This document shows, in pieces, positions 22,301-33,139 of a stretch of DNA of 64,000 bases; the stretch's first letter is position 1; each line of letters starts with the position of its first letter. The notes beneath the pieces are model-generated. The model did not search any database, was not told the origin of the DNA, and worked only from the letters and a program-made list of their open reading frames with translations. The position numbers were made by a program, and so were the translations under genes. The DNA is from Heteronotia binoei (taxonomy: Eukaryota), in assembly GCF_032191835.1 (NCBI RefSeq), contig NC_083223.1:250232001-250296000 (forward strand), given 5' to 3'.

Positions 22301-25300
22301 CTGAAAGCAGCCATACATGTCCTTTGGCAAGGGTAAGTGATGGCATTGAAGGGGTCAAGAGATAGCATTTGTTAGGGACAGTATTTGCACTAGTGCAGTT
22401 ACTCTGTGACAGGTTGTATTCTGTTGCTTGTACCTTTCAAGAAGGGGTGAACTGTGGCTGCAGGTGCTTGCGAGACAGGAGTAATTGACACAGGATGTTT
22501 TTGCCCTCACTAGCCTGAGAAGAACCTGCCCATGCTCCATACCATGGTGGGGCTTCGTTTGCTGCTCATCCCACTGTTGCTGCTGTGCAACATCCCACAA
22601 CGCTCCTACCTGCCTGTGCTTTTCCACCAAGATGCCTGGTTCATCCTCTTCATGGTGGTTTTCTCACTTTCCAACGGCTATTTCGTCTCCCTCAGCATGT
22701 GCCTGGCACCAAAGTGAGTGAAGAACTGAGTAGTCTTCTACTTAGGGCATGGGGGAACAAAATGTGAACTGCAAATTAGTGTCTGCAGTGGTTCATATTT
22801 CCTTTAAAAGAAAAAAGGTGCTGGGGTATGTATGTACTTGGAAATGCTGGGACAAGCTGTAGTTACTCAGCAGGGAGAGGGAAGCAGTCTGCTGTATACT
22901 CAGAGGTACCAATTTGTTTCTCTATCTTAAATTTATTGTCCACTGATTTCTGAAGACCTGCAAGATAAGTAAAGGTGTATTGTTATAACAACAGCGCACT
23001 AACCTGCTGGGGGGGGGGCAGGCAGGAGGGAGTCTAAAGTCGGTCCAAAGTCAAAATTCAAGGAGTCAGTCAGGAGCCCAGTCACCACAGCAGAATCGCA
23101 AACCAGAAGGAGAAGTCAGTGTCCAAAGCCAAAGGGTCAGGGTGCCAAGGAATTCAAACCAGTCAGGTACTGGAATCAGGAAGGAGCGTGGATGCAAGCC
23201 AGGGAATCGACTTCTTGCTTCCATGAGGTTGCCAAGTCCTGTGCGTGAGTTATATGGGCACATCAATCAGCCTACTTTCTGGGTGATCGTAATTCCTCTA
23301 GTTATCAGGGCTAAGAGATCTGAAGCATTGGCATGCGGAGTCTATTTTTTGTCAATTTTTTTCAAAGACTCACCCGTATTCTTGAGATGGGAGGGGGAGA
23401 GTTTGGAGGAGACTGATTGTCAACAGCCTGTGGCATGGGTGCCTGGAATGTGGAGGGTGTGATTGACGGCCCAGCTGTTGGTTCTTACTGGTCTGTTAAC
23501 CCTTCCAGCTCCCCGTCCTCAGGGCTCATTACAGATTTGCTCAAGACCAGTTCAGTAGCTGTGTGACTTTTATCTGAGAGCCTGGAGCTGGGTCTGTCAG
23601 TAAGACAATCGTAATACTTGACAAACTCAGCAAATTGGATGTTGGTTCAGATATTAGTTTCGCCCCTCCTCTCCTGTTTCAGGCCAGCTGTCCAGTTTCT
23701 ATTAATTTTTTTAAAAAACAAAACAAAACCTGGGCCAGCTGTGCATTTGTTTATTAATGCATTGTTTTGTTTATTAATGCATAGTTATTCCAGTGTAGTT
23801 GTGTGGTTAGAGAGCCGTACAAGGATCTGGGGAGACCCAGGTTCAAATCTTCATTTACCATGAAGCTTATTGGGGGCTGACTTCGGGCCAGTCGCTTCCG
23901 CAGTCTAAAGTACTTCACAGGGTTGATGTGAGGATAAAATGGAGGAGGGGAGTACCATGTACACCATCCTTGGAGGAGGGGCAGGATACAAATGGACCAG
24001 AAGTTATTTTGTAGAAAAAGAGGTGCTGGAGCTCATTAGGACAACTCATTTGCATATGCCACACATCCCTGACATCACCAGAAGGTGTAGTAAATTATAT
24101 CAGCTCAGTATCTACCTTAAAATGCTTCTTGAATTATAATTGTCATAATAAAACCTTACTCCCATCATACTTTTAAAATTACTTTCCCCTATGTGGCCTG
24201 ATGAAGATATCCATCTGCCTGCTTTATATTTTTGGGTTATTTTCCTATTTTTTTGTGTGTGAGGGGGAAATATTAGAAAGTTTGTCAGATCTTCAAGTTC
24301 AGCAAAATTCTCACAGGGGGTTGTATTTTGCAAGTATTTTGGGAGGGGGGTTAAGAAAGAAAGAGCACAATAAAATTTAGAGGTTCCAGAGCTGTGCTCC
24401 TGTGAGCTCCTGCCCAAAACAAGGCCTGGAATGGACTAAGTAAAGTACTTAAGAATGTATATGCTCAAAATGATGTCTATTTGACTGGTAGTACCCATCT
24501 CAAGCTCAAGTGCAGGTCTTCTTCTTTCCCAGCTTGCTGTGTGAGATCCTTTCTAATTTGGGCATGCCAGTGGCTGAACCTGAGGACTTCTGCACACAAA
24601 GCATGTTGTCTACCACTGAGCCATGGCCCTTCCCTCCATTCAAGAAAACATTCAGCATAACCAGAAACCCCAGTTTCAACAAAACTAAACCGTGGTTTAA
24701 TTGCTGGGCTGTGAAATAAAAAAAACAGTTCTGGTGAATAAAGATGGTTTGACTTGGTGTTGAATTCACTACAAAGAATGTGACCAGGTGTCCCACCCCG
24801 GGAAGGAGAGATATCCAAAAATATAGCATCACCATCAAAACGGTCAGCATTCCTGTTAGGACAATTAATTTATGACGCACATGAAGTTTCCTTATACTGA
24901 GTCAGACCAGCAGTTATTAAGGTCAGTGTTGTCGACTCTGATGAGCAATAGTTCTGCAGGTTCTTGGATAGAAATCTTACACATCATGTGCCAGCGGCTG
25001 AACCTGAACTTTCTGCAGGCAAAGCAGGTGCTCCACCCCCGAGCCCCCACAACCCCAGCACAAGGACAGCGCGTAAGTACTCATCAGTGGAGTCCAAAAT
25101 CCTGACTCCACCACTCTGGCAGTTCCTAACCCTAGCCTCTGTGTTGTGATTTCTTATAGGCCTACCTTACAGAGTACTTGTAAAGGTTACTGAATGAAGC
25201 CCATAATACATTTCCAAGACTGAAGAAAAGCACTGTGTAACTATTTTCAGTGGTGTTAATGACATATACTTGGATCTGGAATTAGGCAGTTCCATATTTT

Positions 25301-25904
25301 TTTTTGCCACCTATATCCAGCTTTTTCCACCGGAGGCCCTAAATGCCCCTAACAGCATCTTTAGAAACAATATAACATCAATATTAATGAAAGAACCAGA
25401 TTGACTGGCGCATAGAAATATACTACACAGTAGGATTAACAGTTACCTTAGAACATGCGGCATTAAAGTGAAGTTTACATTAAACATACATATAATACAG
25501 ATTTCGGAAGCTAAGCAGGATTGTCCCTAGTTAGTACTTGGGCAGGAGACCACCAAGAAGTCCAGGATTGTGACACAGAGGCAGGCAATGGCAAACTTCC
25601 TCTGTTTGTCTCTTGCATTGAAAACACTATGGGGTCGCCATCAGTCAGCCTCTACTTGATGGTGAAAATCAAAATGTCATTTTTAATAACTCTCATTTGG
25701 GTTCCATCCCAGCACTGATTGCCTCTCTGGTGTAGAATGACAGAGGTGGGCCCTTTTCCCATGAGACTAACACCTTCTGTTTCTTTCTTCAGACAGGTGG
25801 AGCCCCATGAGAGTGAGCTGGCAGGTGCCATCATGACCTTCTTCTTGGCCTTGGGACTCTCCTGTGGGGCTGGTCTCTCCTTCATCCTGAAAGCCTTGCT
25901 TTGA
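3338..25904 (+). CDS. SLC29A2: Equilibrative nucleoside transporter 2, coding exons 2-12 (5' partial)
   Basis: Eleven GT-AG exons splice in frame: 3338-3419, 6504-6688, 7865-8004, 8832-8966, 9706-9803, 11038-11122, 17884-18059, 20999-21104, 21743-21828, 22514-22713, 25793-25904. Motifs include LGLGTLLPWNFFITAIP, LQGSLFGQLG, LFLSGQG, FPAITA, LFNVMDWLGR and MTFFLALGLSCGA..KALL*. Ile at the position equivalent to ENT2 I33 and synteny with B4GAT1/BRMS1 favour SLC29A2 over SLC29A1. Confidence 0.96.
4679..4926. mobile_element. MITE with TAGGGTTGCCA terminal inverted repeats
   Basis: TAGGGTTGCCA at 4679 and TGGCAACCCTA ending 4926; no TSD recognised. Confidence 0.6.
5063..5340 (+). mobile_element. 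tRNA-derived CORE SINE (Squam3/MIR-like)
   Basis: A-box GGTGTAGTGGTT, B-box-like GGTTTGATTCCCC, CORE-like CCTCACAGGGTGTCTGTTGTGGGG, L2-like tail GGGCGGGATATAAAT; multicopy in the window. Confidence 0.8.
6044..6253 (+). mobile_element. tRNA-derived SINE, second family (Squam2-like; name uncertain)
   Basis: GGCTCAATGTTAGAGCATCTG head; related copies at about 24497-24625 (-), 49531-49735 (+), 58553-58770 (+). Confidence 0.6.
6504..6688 (+). CDS. SLC29A2: SLC29A2 exon 3 (extracellular loop, TM2)
   Basis: catag|TAT..CAA TG|gtgag, 185 nt, YFQSRL..FNFSNWLALLSQLPLLLFTLLNSLLYQ. Confidence 0.93.
7865..8004 (+). CDS. SLC29A2: SLC29A2 exon 4
   Basis: ccag|C ATT CCA..AAC T|gtgag, 140 nt, IPDKVRVQGSL..FFSITMASVWFIN. 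Confidence 0.95.
8832..8966 (+). CDS. SLC29A2: SLC29A2 exon 5
   Basis: ccag|GC TTC TGT..GCC A|gtgagt, 135 nt, FCAILQGSLFGQLGSFPQKFSTLFLSGQGMAGTFAAIAMVLSMA. Confidence 0.95.
9706..9803 (+). CDS. SLC29A2: SLC29A2 exon 6
   Basis: ttcag|GT GGT GTC..CAG|gtgagg, 98 nt, GVDAETSALSYFITPCFGTFVSIICYLVLPHQ. Confidence 0.95.
11038..11122 (+). CDS. SLC29A2: SLC29A2 exon 7
   Basis: ttcag|GAC TTT GCC..CCA G|gtggg, 85 nt, DFARHYLTKRHPEDPGYELETKAGLLPP. Confidence 0.92.
11645..11818 (-). mobile_element. 5S rRNA-derived SINE
   Basis: Reverse complement reads CCCAATCTCATCAGATCTTGGAAGCTAAACAGGGTC..GGACTTGGATGG, a 5S-like head; related copies at 25495-25665 (+) and 36790-36950 (-). Confidence 0.65.
12238..14525 (+). 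pseudogene. DIRS element 1 ORF1 (gag-like), frameshifted
   Basis: MEGKTTFKKCRRCRAKILSTNGHSHCLFCLGEA zinc finger; Ser/Arg-rich linker; C-terminal ORF 13590-14525 (LKEAWDKPAS..KIEDLPFDGQGLF..KQSL*). Confidence 0.85.
14530..16150 (+). pseudogene. DIRS element 1 RT / RNase H / methyltransferase-like region, frameshifted
   Basis: YFLVPK, RPILDLR, LDLQDAYFH, FGLSTAPRIFTK, YLDDWLL; RNase H INCLELIAV..SDNMTTVFYIN; MT-like DVFAT..YLFPP. A 2-nt TG duplication near 15195-15204 breaks the frame. Confidence 0.9.
16180..17190 (+). pseudogene. DIRS element 1 tyrosine recombinase, disrupted
   Basis: RKPSTR..KWKRF, SSLKVHLSAIS, SGKQASEL (catalytic Arg position is Gln), AHSTRAVS, HYALDV; stop at 16791-16793. 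Confidence 0.9.
17303..17393. repeat. DIRS element 1 internal complementary region (ICR)
   Basis: 17303-17340 is the reverse complement of the left terminus; 17341-17393 is the reverse complement of the right terminus; the two parts abut directly. Confidence 0.93.
17884..18059 (+). CDS. SLC29A2: SLC29A2 exon 8 (large cytoplasmic loop)
   Basis: ctccag|AG GAG..AAG|gtaaga, 176 nt; phases match neighbours; ends SVVSVLRK like ENT2 SVFTVFQK. Confidence 0.85.
18405..19460 (+). mobile_element. CR1 LINE, 5'-truncated (RT C-terminus plus 3' UTR)
   Basis: QGSVLGPMLFNLFINDL..KFADDTKLF; in-frame TAA at 18876-18878; continuation to 19304; tail CTTATGTTCTTATG. Confidence 0.93.
19311..19380. repeat. Compound (TA)/(TG)/(CA) microsatellite inside the CR1 3' UTR
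   Basis: tatatatata tgtgtg..tgta tatgtatgtatata cacacaca read directly. Confidence 0.95.
19490..19957 (-). mobile_element. Squam3-like SINE interrupted by a MITE
   Basis: Antisense copy of the 5063 family, split at 19680/19876. Confidence 0.8.
19681..19875. mobile_element. hAT-type MITE with 8-bp TSD
   Basis: TIRs CAGGGCTTTTTTTG / CAAAAAAGGCCCTG; AGCAGGTG duplicated at 19673-19680 and 19876-19883. Confidence 0.9.
20268..20531. mobile_element. Near-palindromic MITE (possibly PIF/Harbinger type)
   Basis: About 120-nt arms (20268-20387 / 20412-20531) around a 24-nt spacer; AGA flanks both ends. Confidence 0.75.
20999..21104 (+). CDS. SLC29A2: SLC29A2 exon 9
   Basis: tttag|ATC TGG..TGG A|gtgagt, 106 nt, IWQMALCIVLVFAVTLSVFPAITASVTS. 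Confidence 0.95.
21743..21828 (+). CDS. SLC29A2: SLC29A2 exon 10
   Basis: cccag|GG AAG..TGG|gtaagt, 86 nt, KFFTPICCFLLFNVMDWLGRSATSYFLW. Confidence 0.95.
22514..22713 (+). CDS. SLC29A2: SLC29A2 exon 11
   Basis: ctag|CCT GAG..CCA AA|gtgagt, 200 nt, LRLLLIPLLLLCNIPQRSYLPVLFHQDAWF..SNGYFVSLSMCLAP. Confidence 0.95.
22981..23533 (-). mobile_element. Putative solo LTR
   Basis: TG..CA ends with imperfect terminal inverted repeat (TGTAATGAG / GTTATAACA); composition differs from flanks; no TSD found. Confidence 0.35.
23998..24429. mobile_element. Longer relative of the CAGGGCTTTTTT MITE family
   Basis: Degenerate TIR-like ends; internal CTCATTTGCATATGCCACAC matches the family core in reverse. Confidence 0.5.
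25495..25665 (+). mobile_element. 5S rRNA-derived SINE with RTE/BovB-like tail
   Basis: TCGGAAGCTAAGCAGG..TTAGTACTTGG..GGAGACC head; GGCAATGGCAAAC and GGGGTCGCCAT tail. Confidence 0.65.
25793..25904 (+). CDS. SLC29A2: SLC29A2 exon 12 coding part (TM11, stop)
   Basis: ttcag|A CAG GTG..CTT TGA, QVEPHESELAGAIMTFFLALGLSCGAGLSFILKALL*. Confidence 0.95.
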
Positions 25905-26920
25905 AGGGTGCCATCCATCCCATCACAACATGGGCATTTCTTCATGTTGAAGCCTTGAGGAGAGGCTGGTAGCTCCCCAATTTTGCTCCTGGCCCCCTCT
26001 CTATGGCAGCTAATGTTTTTCTAGAGGGGCAACCCAGCAGTCTTCCAAACAAAGGGAAAATGTGTATATATGTGTGTAAGAGGGTGATTCACTCAGTCAC
26101 TTTCCTGTTATCCCAGGAGCCTGAATGTATTTTCCAGAAGAGCCATGGATTTTTCAGAAATGTGAACGGAAAGTAATTTGCTCAGGGAAGGAGACAGTGG
26201 CTGAGGCTACTGCCTTTTGTGTGAGACTGAGAGACTTTGTAAGAAATATTCCCATCTGGAACTTTTCTCCTTGCTTTGCTTTCCAACTGACGGAAGTATT
26301 ATTGTCTAACGCACAAACTGTTCTGTGGAATGTAGCGCTGCAGAATGAATGTGGGCAAGGAAGGGGGGACAGTGTATAAAGTCAGTGTTAAAATGGAGGA
26401 TTGAGACGGCACTCCTTCCTATCTGTTGCAGCCCAAAATCTAAAACAAAAAAAACCCCAACCCCTTTTTTTGTGTCTGTTTCTGAGCCTTTGTAGGTATA
26501 AACTCTTTGATTGTAACCATAGGGCTAGAAACTTGCCCTCCTTGAATGAAAGGTGAGTTGGTTTTAAGACAAGGCAAATGCTGAAACAGCTTTTCCCAGT
26601 TCCAAAGAAATGAATTAACACTGACGCACCTTTGGGCTCCTAGTATAATTTTCCTCATAGAAGCTTAAACTGGTGGAAGTCTAGAAGCTAAACCATTTCT
26701 GCATCACCCAGAGATGGTTGTGTAGTCTGTGCCAAGAGGAATAAAGTATTCTGGGTTTAGATGGAAAGAAGAACGGAATGAAACCTTGATTCAAAAAAGA
26801 GGCCTAGAATTGGCAAGGAACAGTGTCTTGTTTTGCAGCATAAATATAATGCGAGCTTTGGTGTCCCATAAACCTCCCAAGTGAAGATTCATACCGCACA
26901 GATGCAATCCATGCTTGCTG

Positions 26921-27200
26921 GAGAGCCAGTTTGGTGTAGTGGTTAAGTGTGTGGACTCTTATCTGGGAGAACCGGGTTTGATTCCCCACTCCTCCACTTG
27001 CAGCTGCTGGAATGACCTTGGGCCAGCCATAGCACTTGTAGGAGTTGTCCTTGAAAGGGTAACTGCTGTAAGAGCTCTCTCAGCTCCACCTACCTCACAG
27101 GGTGTCTGTTGTGGGGGGGGGGGGGGGAAGGTAAAGGAGATTGTGACTGCTCTGAGACTCTGAGATTCAGAGTATAGGGCGGAGAATCCAATATCTTATC
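26921..27200 (+). mobile_element. Squam3-like SINE in the SLC29A2 3' UTR region
   Basis: GAGAGCCAGTTTGGTGTAGTGGTTAAG head; same family as 5063. Confidence 0.8.
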
Positions 27201-28262
27201 ATCTTATGGCCCCATTATGGCTTAGCCATAATGGAGTATCCAGTATCTTATCATTTTCTTTGATGTATGCATAGGGAATAGCTGTGTTAGTTTGCTATGG
27301 CATAATAAAAAGTCAGTTGGTACTATAAAGAAACAACACAGCATGAGCTTTCGTGAGAGAACTTCTGAAGAAGTGAGTTCTGATGCATGCAAACTCATGC
27401 TGGAACAAGCAGAAGGGCCTTTTCTCTTGACCTGGAATGCTGCTGGGGAGCTGCAGTTTTCCTGTTGGAGAAGCTTGCTTGAACCAGTGGGCCACACGTG
27501 TACCATTGATGGGAATTCCCAGTTCATGTCTACTTGACAGGAGCTAGGGTGGATCCACAAACAGCATAATAAATAATTGGGCCCATTGTTTGATGGGAAG
27601 CTGTATCCTGTACTTGGGCTCCAGGGAATGTGTCTGTGAAACACCTGTTTCCTTCCCCAGTTTGATCTGAAATGTCATTAAGAAACAGCCATTAGTGAGT
27701 TCTGCTTCTAGAGTGAAAGGTGCTTAGATCCGCCTTATGATTTAGATAACTTCCTGGCGTCTTGCTGTGGAGTCGACACAACTACTCATGCCTTGATTTA
27801 TGCAAAACATAGACCTCTTTGTGAAAAAAGAGAGATGTCTTCATTGTTTACTTGTTGCGATCCTTCCCCTGGACCCTAAAATAAAATAAATCCTGCTACA
27901 ATTTTAGGATTAGTTAAACAATCTAACCTAACCCTGAATTGCCCGCATTTCATTCATAGGTAGACTTGCTTTTAGATAACATTGGTTTTAATACTATGAA
28001 TGATCAAAAAGCAATTGTGAAAATATTATCTTTAATGTATTTTACTGTTTGCGGTGTCTGTACTTTGTGGAACAACTTATTTTCAACCTTTTTGTACCAG
28101 AGCCTGGCCTAGGGGTGGGGAGGTCTAAGAAGAGTCCTAAAAGTCGTGCTGTTGTAAATAGGACCTCTATCCTAAGGTTGTATCCATTCTTTTTTTAAAA
28201 AATTGCTGCCTGTAAAATGTGGAACAACTCTGAGCAGTTTAGTTAGCTTATTTTTGCCATTC

Positions 28263-28268
28263 AATAAA
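28263..28268 (+). promoter_or_regulatory. Candidate SLC29A2 polyadenylation signal
   Basis: AATAAA after an AT-rich 3' UTR-like tract, followed by U/GU-rich sequence; position not confirmed. Confidence 0.4.
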
Positions 28269-29027
28269 GCTTTTCTGGGGGTGGGGTTTAAGAAAAAAAA
28301 ATGTAGTCTCTTTCTTTCCACTACATTAGCAACTTAAGCAGGCTTTGCTCCAGGAGAAAGCAATGTTTAAAATGCATGTTGCCATATTTCTAGTCTTAAG
28401 GCTTCAAAATGGCTTGCAGCAAAGCGGGAGGTAGAAATGAAAACAGTACAGCAGTCAGATGATCTCAAAAAATATAAAAATAATCTGAGTGGCAGACTGA
28501 GATAATACAAAGGAAAAGGTTGTTTACAGAAGCAAACCACCATAATGATAAAAGCTTGAGAGTAAGGGAGGAGGCAGGACAGCATTCACTCAGTGCTTGA
28601 CAGGCAAACATTCCTTCTCTGCAGCCACAGAAAGACCCAATCTTCTTCGTGGTCTCTGTGCAGTCCCACACATGGGTTATCCGCCAGGATCGAACCCAAC
28701 CGCGAAGAATTCAAAGCAATCTTTGAGCGTTAATTTTGGCGCGCACTTCCTCTCGTCCCGGGGACGAGACATCCACCGCACATGCCCAGACAAGAGGGAG
28801 GCGTGTCACCCACCCAGTTTCTTCTTTACCGCCGCCCGGGATACACCTACCTCATTGCGTCTCCTCTCTTCATCGCGATCTTCATCCTTTTCCTGCAATT
28901 CCTCACCATTTTTCCTCACGTCGTCTTCTTCCTTCAATTCAATGGTATCGTAAAAAAAAAAATCTTACTATCCCCCTTCTATTTCGGCTTTCTCTCTCTC
29001 CTTCCCCTCCCCCCCCCCCCCGGGCGG

Positions 29028-31280
29028 ATGGAAGGAAAAGACAAAATCACTTTTAAAAAGTGTGTTCGGTGTGCCTCTAAAATCCCATCTACCAACGGAC
29101 ATTCTTTATGCCTTTTCTGTCTGGGTGAGGCTCATCGTACCGACACTTGCCTGCATTGTAGCCAGTTTGGAAAGCAAGCAAGAAAAAATCGCGCAGCTAG
29201 ACTCAGAAGTCACTTGTTAGAGTCCTCGCTGCGCCCTACAATGTCCCATACTTCGGGATATCAAACCTCGCCTTCCCTATCTACTCAAAAGGAAGTGGCT
29301 CGACTGGCAGCTTCCATGGCCTTGGTTCCCAGCAAGCTTAAGTCCGGGAAACATTCGATGAAGTCTGACGATTCTAGAAAGAGACATCGCACAGAATCGA
29401 CTTCTAAAGACACTTTGACATCACCAAAAATTAAGTCTAAACCCAGCCATAGACCCTCGGATTCGAAGTCTCCAACAACGACTTCTGCATCGTACCCGAC
29501 TATCGACACAGCGACCTCGGTACAAACAGCACCAACTCCATTGGAACCCTCAGCGCCCATCGATACCGTACCTCTCGAGGTCGTACATATTCCTTCAGTT
29601 CATGGATCTTTACCAGACAAGATCCTCGACTCCGAATCTCCAGATTCCAGCAGAAGTCAGTGCGCAAGCATTCTCGGCACACACTCATTCTGGGAGGTCT
29701 CGATGCCTACCAAAGAACAGATTTTGACACCCGCATCTCTACTCCTAAGAGAACTCTCGACACCGAGAGAGCCATCTACTCGAGTTCGAGCCGAGAAATC
29801 TCAAAGTCGCCATAGGGAACGCTATTATTATTATAGCCCATTGAGGTCCAGGTCACCATCTCCTCGCAGGTACCGAAGATATTACAGGTCTCCATCTTCG
29901 GATTCCCATCGATATCAGTACCGTGAAGACTCTCGGTACCGTGAGGTACTTTACCATCCCTCACATCAGGATCAGGAATATCGAGATGAGCACCCTCGGT
30001 ACCATGAAACTTCTTCACATCCAGAGCAGGCATACTGTGAGGACCGTCCTCGGTACCGTGAAAGTCCCTATCGTCACCCTAAACACTACTCTATGGTGTC
30101 GAAGCCACTGTCTCCAACCAGATCGACCTCGGTGTGTTCAGTCTCTCATAAACAACCACAACAGCCTCCTCTGCTGACCAAACAAACAAACTGCTACTGC
30201 TACTATAACCAAGCCTCTCGTGACACCTATCGAGACCCAAGGAAGAGTCCGAGGCTGAGCAATCCGACTCATCACACTCCACAGCCTCAGCTCCTCCTTC
30301 ACCGGCATCTGACATCATCAAACCTGCTAACCTTTCACCCTCAGAGGGCTCCAAATCCTATCTGGATCTGTTATCTAACATGGCTTCTTCCCTTAATGTC
30401 AAGCTGACTACTGACGCACCTAGGGTTTCGGATATAGTCCACGATTTAGTACACGCAGACATGCCAGCAGGGTCTTTTCTGCCTATGCTCCCAGTTCACC
30501 TGGAAACCTTGAAAGAGGCTTGGGACAAACCCGCTTCAGTGCCACCCACATCAAAACGAGTTGAATCCCTTTTCAGAATTCATGCCCCTGAGTCTAAATT
30601 TCTTTTCAACCATCCGGCTCCAAATTCCATGATAGTGCATTCGTCCTCCAAATCAAAACAAACAAGGCACCCAGTTCCACCAGAAAAAAGAAGGCAAAAA
30701 ACTGGATACTCTGGGAAGGAAGATCTATTCCCTTACCACTGCCACAACAAGAATCCACAATTATATGGCCTATTTCTCGGCATATGCTTTCAACCTCACC
30801 TCCCAACTTAACACTTTGGTTCCTTCCTTACTGGATGCAGCAAAGAAGCAGGCTTCCCACCTTCTCCAAGAACTTACTAGGGTCAGCAAGCAACAAATTA
30901 ACACATCTAGAACTATGGCCTCTTCGATTGCCCTACGCCGGCATGCATTGCTTATGTCCTCGTTACTGCAGCCTGACATCAAATTTAAAATAAAGGACTT
31001 ACCTTTTGATGGTCAGGGCCTTTTTAATGCCACCACGGATGACATTTTGACCACAGTCGACGACAGTAGGAAACGAGCCAAAAGATTGGGAGTTACTCAA
31101 CCACAATCCCAACCTAATTGGCAGAGAACCTAGAAGCCTCCGTTTTACAAACGTTCTCGATCCCCCCGACAAGCCGAATTTTGGAAACGTAAGGCTTCTC
31201 CGGCAAAACAGCCTTTTCAGCAGGGAGCACGTCCACAAACCTCAAAAAAGTCAGCACTGACCCCAAAGCAGTCTCTTTGA
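29028..31280 (+). pseudogene. DIRS element 2 ORF1 (gag-like), frameshifted
   Basis: MEGKDKITFKKCVRCASKIPSTNGHSLCLFCLGEAHRTDTCLHC; RS-rich linker; LKEAWDKPAS, KIKDLPFDGQGLF; ends KQSL*. Confidence 0.88.
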
Positions 31281-31284
31281 CTTC

Positions 31285-33100
31285 TTCCCTCTACCTCTCG
31301 ACCAGCCACAATACCATCCAGACGCCACTACCAGACTACGACCATTCTACCTCATGTGGGAATCCATAACATTGGATTCATGGGTCCTGGCGATCATCCA
31401 CAGGGGTTACACCATAGAGTTCAATTCGACTCCAAAATTTCACAGGTTCATACCTACACCCCCCTCTCCTCCTCTATAATCAGAAATCGCCACCTTGCTG
31501 AACAAGGGAGATATAGAACCAGTTCCACCACAGTTCCATCACACGGGATTCTACTCCTGTTATTTTCTGGTCCCAAAAAGAGACAGGGGGCTGCGCCCTA
31601 TACTGGATCTTCGAACACTCAACCTTCATATATGCTACAAGAAATTCCGCATGGTTACTCTGCAATCTATTCTACCACTGATTCCAGAGCAAGCCTGGAT
31701 GGCGTCGATAGACCTGCAGGATGCCTACTTCCATCTCACCATCAGTCACCAACACAGAAGATTCCTCAGGTTTGCTGTCGGAGATCAGCACTATCAATTC
31801 CGTTCCCTCCCCTTTGGTCTCTCTACAGCACCAAGAGTCTTCACGAAATGTATGGCTGTGGTGGCAACAGCACTCCAACAACAACAGGTCTCCATTTACC
31901 CTTATATAGACGATTGGCTGATCATATCCTAAACAAAGGAACAACTTCAGAAGGACATTTCTTCTACTGTCCTTCCTGTCTGCACTAGGTCTTCAGGTCA
32001 ATCATGCAAAATCCAACCTGAATCCCACTCAGAACATACAATTTATAGGAGCGCGTCTATCAACGATATCTCACAAGGCCTTTCTCCCAGCAGACAGAGT
32101 ACAACATATCCAATCCTTAGCCAATACGATCATAACACATCGCTCCCAAACTTCCCTCATCTTTCAAAGAATGTTAGGCCTTATGGCGGCCACCACCGCC
32201 GTCCTCTGTTTTGCAAGGCTTCACATGCGCCCTCTTCAACTGTGGTTTGTCCAGACATTCCATCCACACCGGTAACACCAAATGACCTTGCTTACGGTTT
32301 CACCTCACATCATCCCATCTCTAAGGTGGTGGACGGTGGATCATCATCTCCTGGCAGGAATGCCATTCGTACGAACGCCGCCCTCTGTGATTGTCACGAC
32401 CAATGCTTCCAAGTGGGGAGGGGGAGCCCACTTGGGAACACTGACAGTTCAGGGACAATGGACCGATTATGAGAGGTCCCTTCATATCAATTGTCTAGAA
32501 CTTCTGGCAGTCCACAGAGCCCTGAGATCCTTTCTTCCGTCTCTTCGCAACCACCACATTCAGGTCACCTTTGACAATGTAGCCACCGTCTTCTACATCA
32601 ATCGGCAGGGAGGCACAGCTTCTATTCGACTATGCAAACGAGCCCTATCCTTATGACACTGAAGTATCGCCCACGGCATTTTCCTGACAGCAGTGCATCT
32701 ACCAGGAGTCCAAAACGTCCAAGCAGACACACTGAGTCACCATCTAATCAACGACCACGAATGGCCCTTCACGCAGTGTTCCAGATCTTCGGAACTCCAA
32801 CAGTAGATGTATTTGCATCTCCAGACAATGCACAGTGCCCTCGCTTTTACACTCGGGGCCCTCCATCTCCATTGTTGGCGGGGGACGCCTTCCTCCAGCA
32901 ATGGTCAGGGACACTACACTACCTATTCCCACCAATCCCTCTCATCACGAGGGTATTACAAAAGATAAGGTTAGATCAGACCAACTGCATCCTGATTACA
33001 CCATGGTGGCCTCGTCAACCTTAGTTCACCACTCTTCTCCTATCAGACAACACATTCCTTCGACTTCCTCAAGCTCAGGATTTCACAGCAAGAAGGCAAG
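31285..33100 (+). pseudogene. DIRS element 2 RT / RNase H / methyltransferase-like region, disrupted
   Basis: YFLVPKRDRGLRPILDLR, IDLQDAYFH, PFGLSTAPRVFTK, YIDDWL then TAA at 31930-31932; RNase H INCLELLAV..DNVATVFYINRQGG; MT-like DVFASPDNAQC..YLFPP..PWWPRQP. Confidence 0.9.
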
Positions 33101-33139
33101 GTTTTACACCACAACTCGGCACTTCTACGACTGACTGCC

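Noticed and set aside
26921-27000. tRNA genes at SINE heads (also 5063, 6044, 37784, 42485, 46664, 61188)
   Set aside because: They have A/B boxes but no complete cloverleaf, and they continue into SINE bodies.
28782-29027. N-terminal extension of the 541-aa ORF
   Set aside because: It is ITR and pyrimidine-rich leader sequence. The ATG matching element 1 ORF1 is at 29028.
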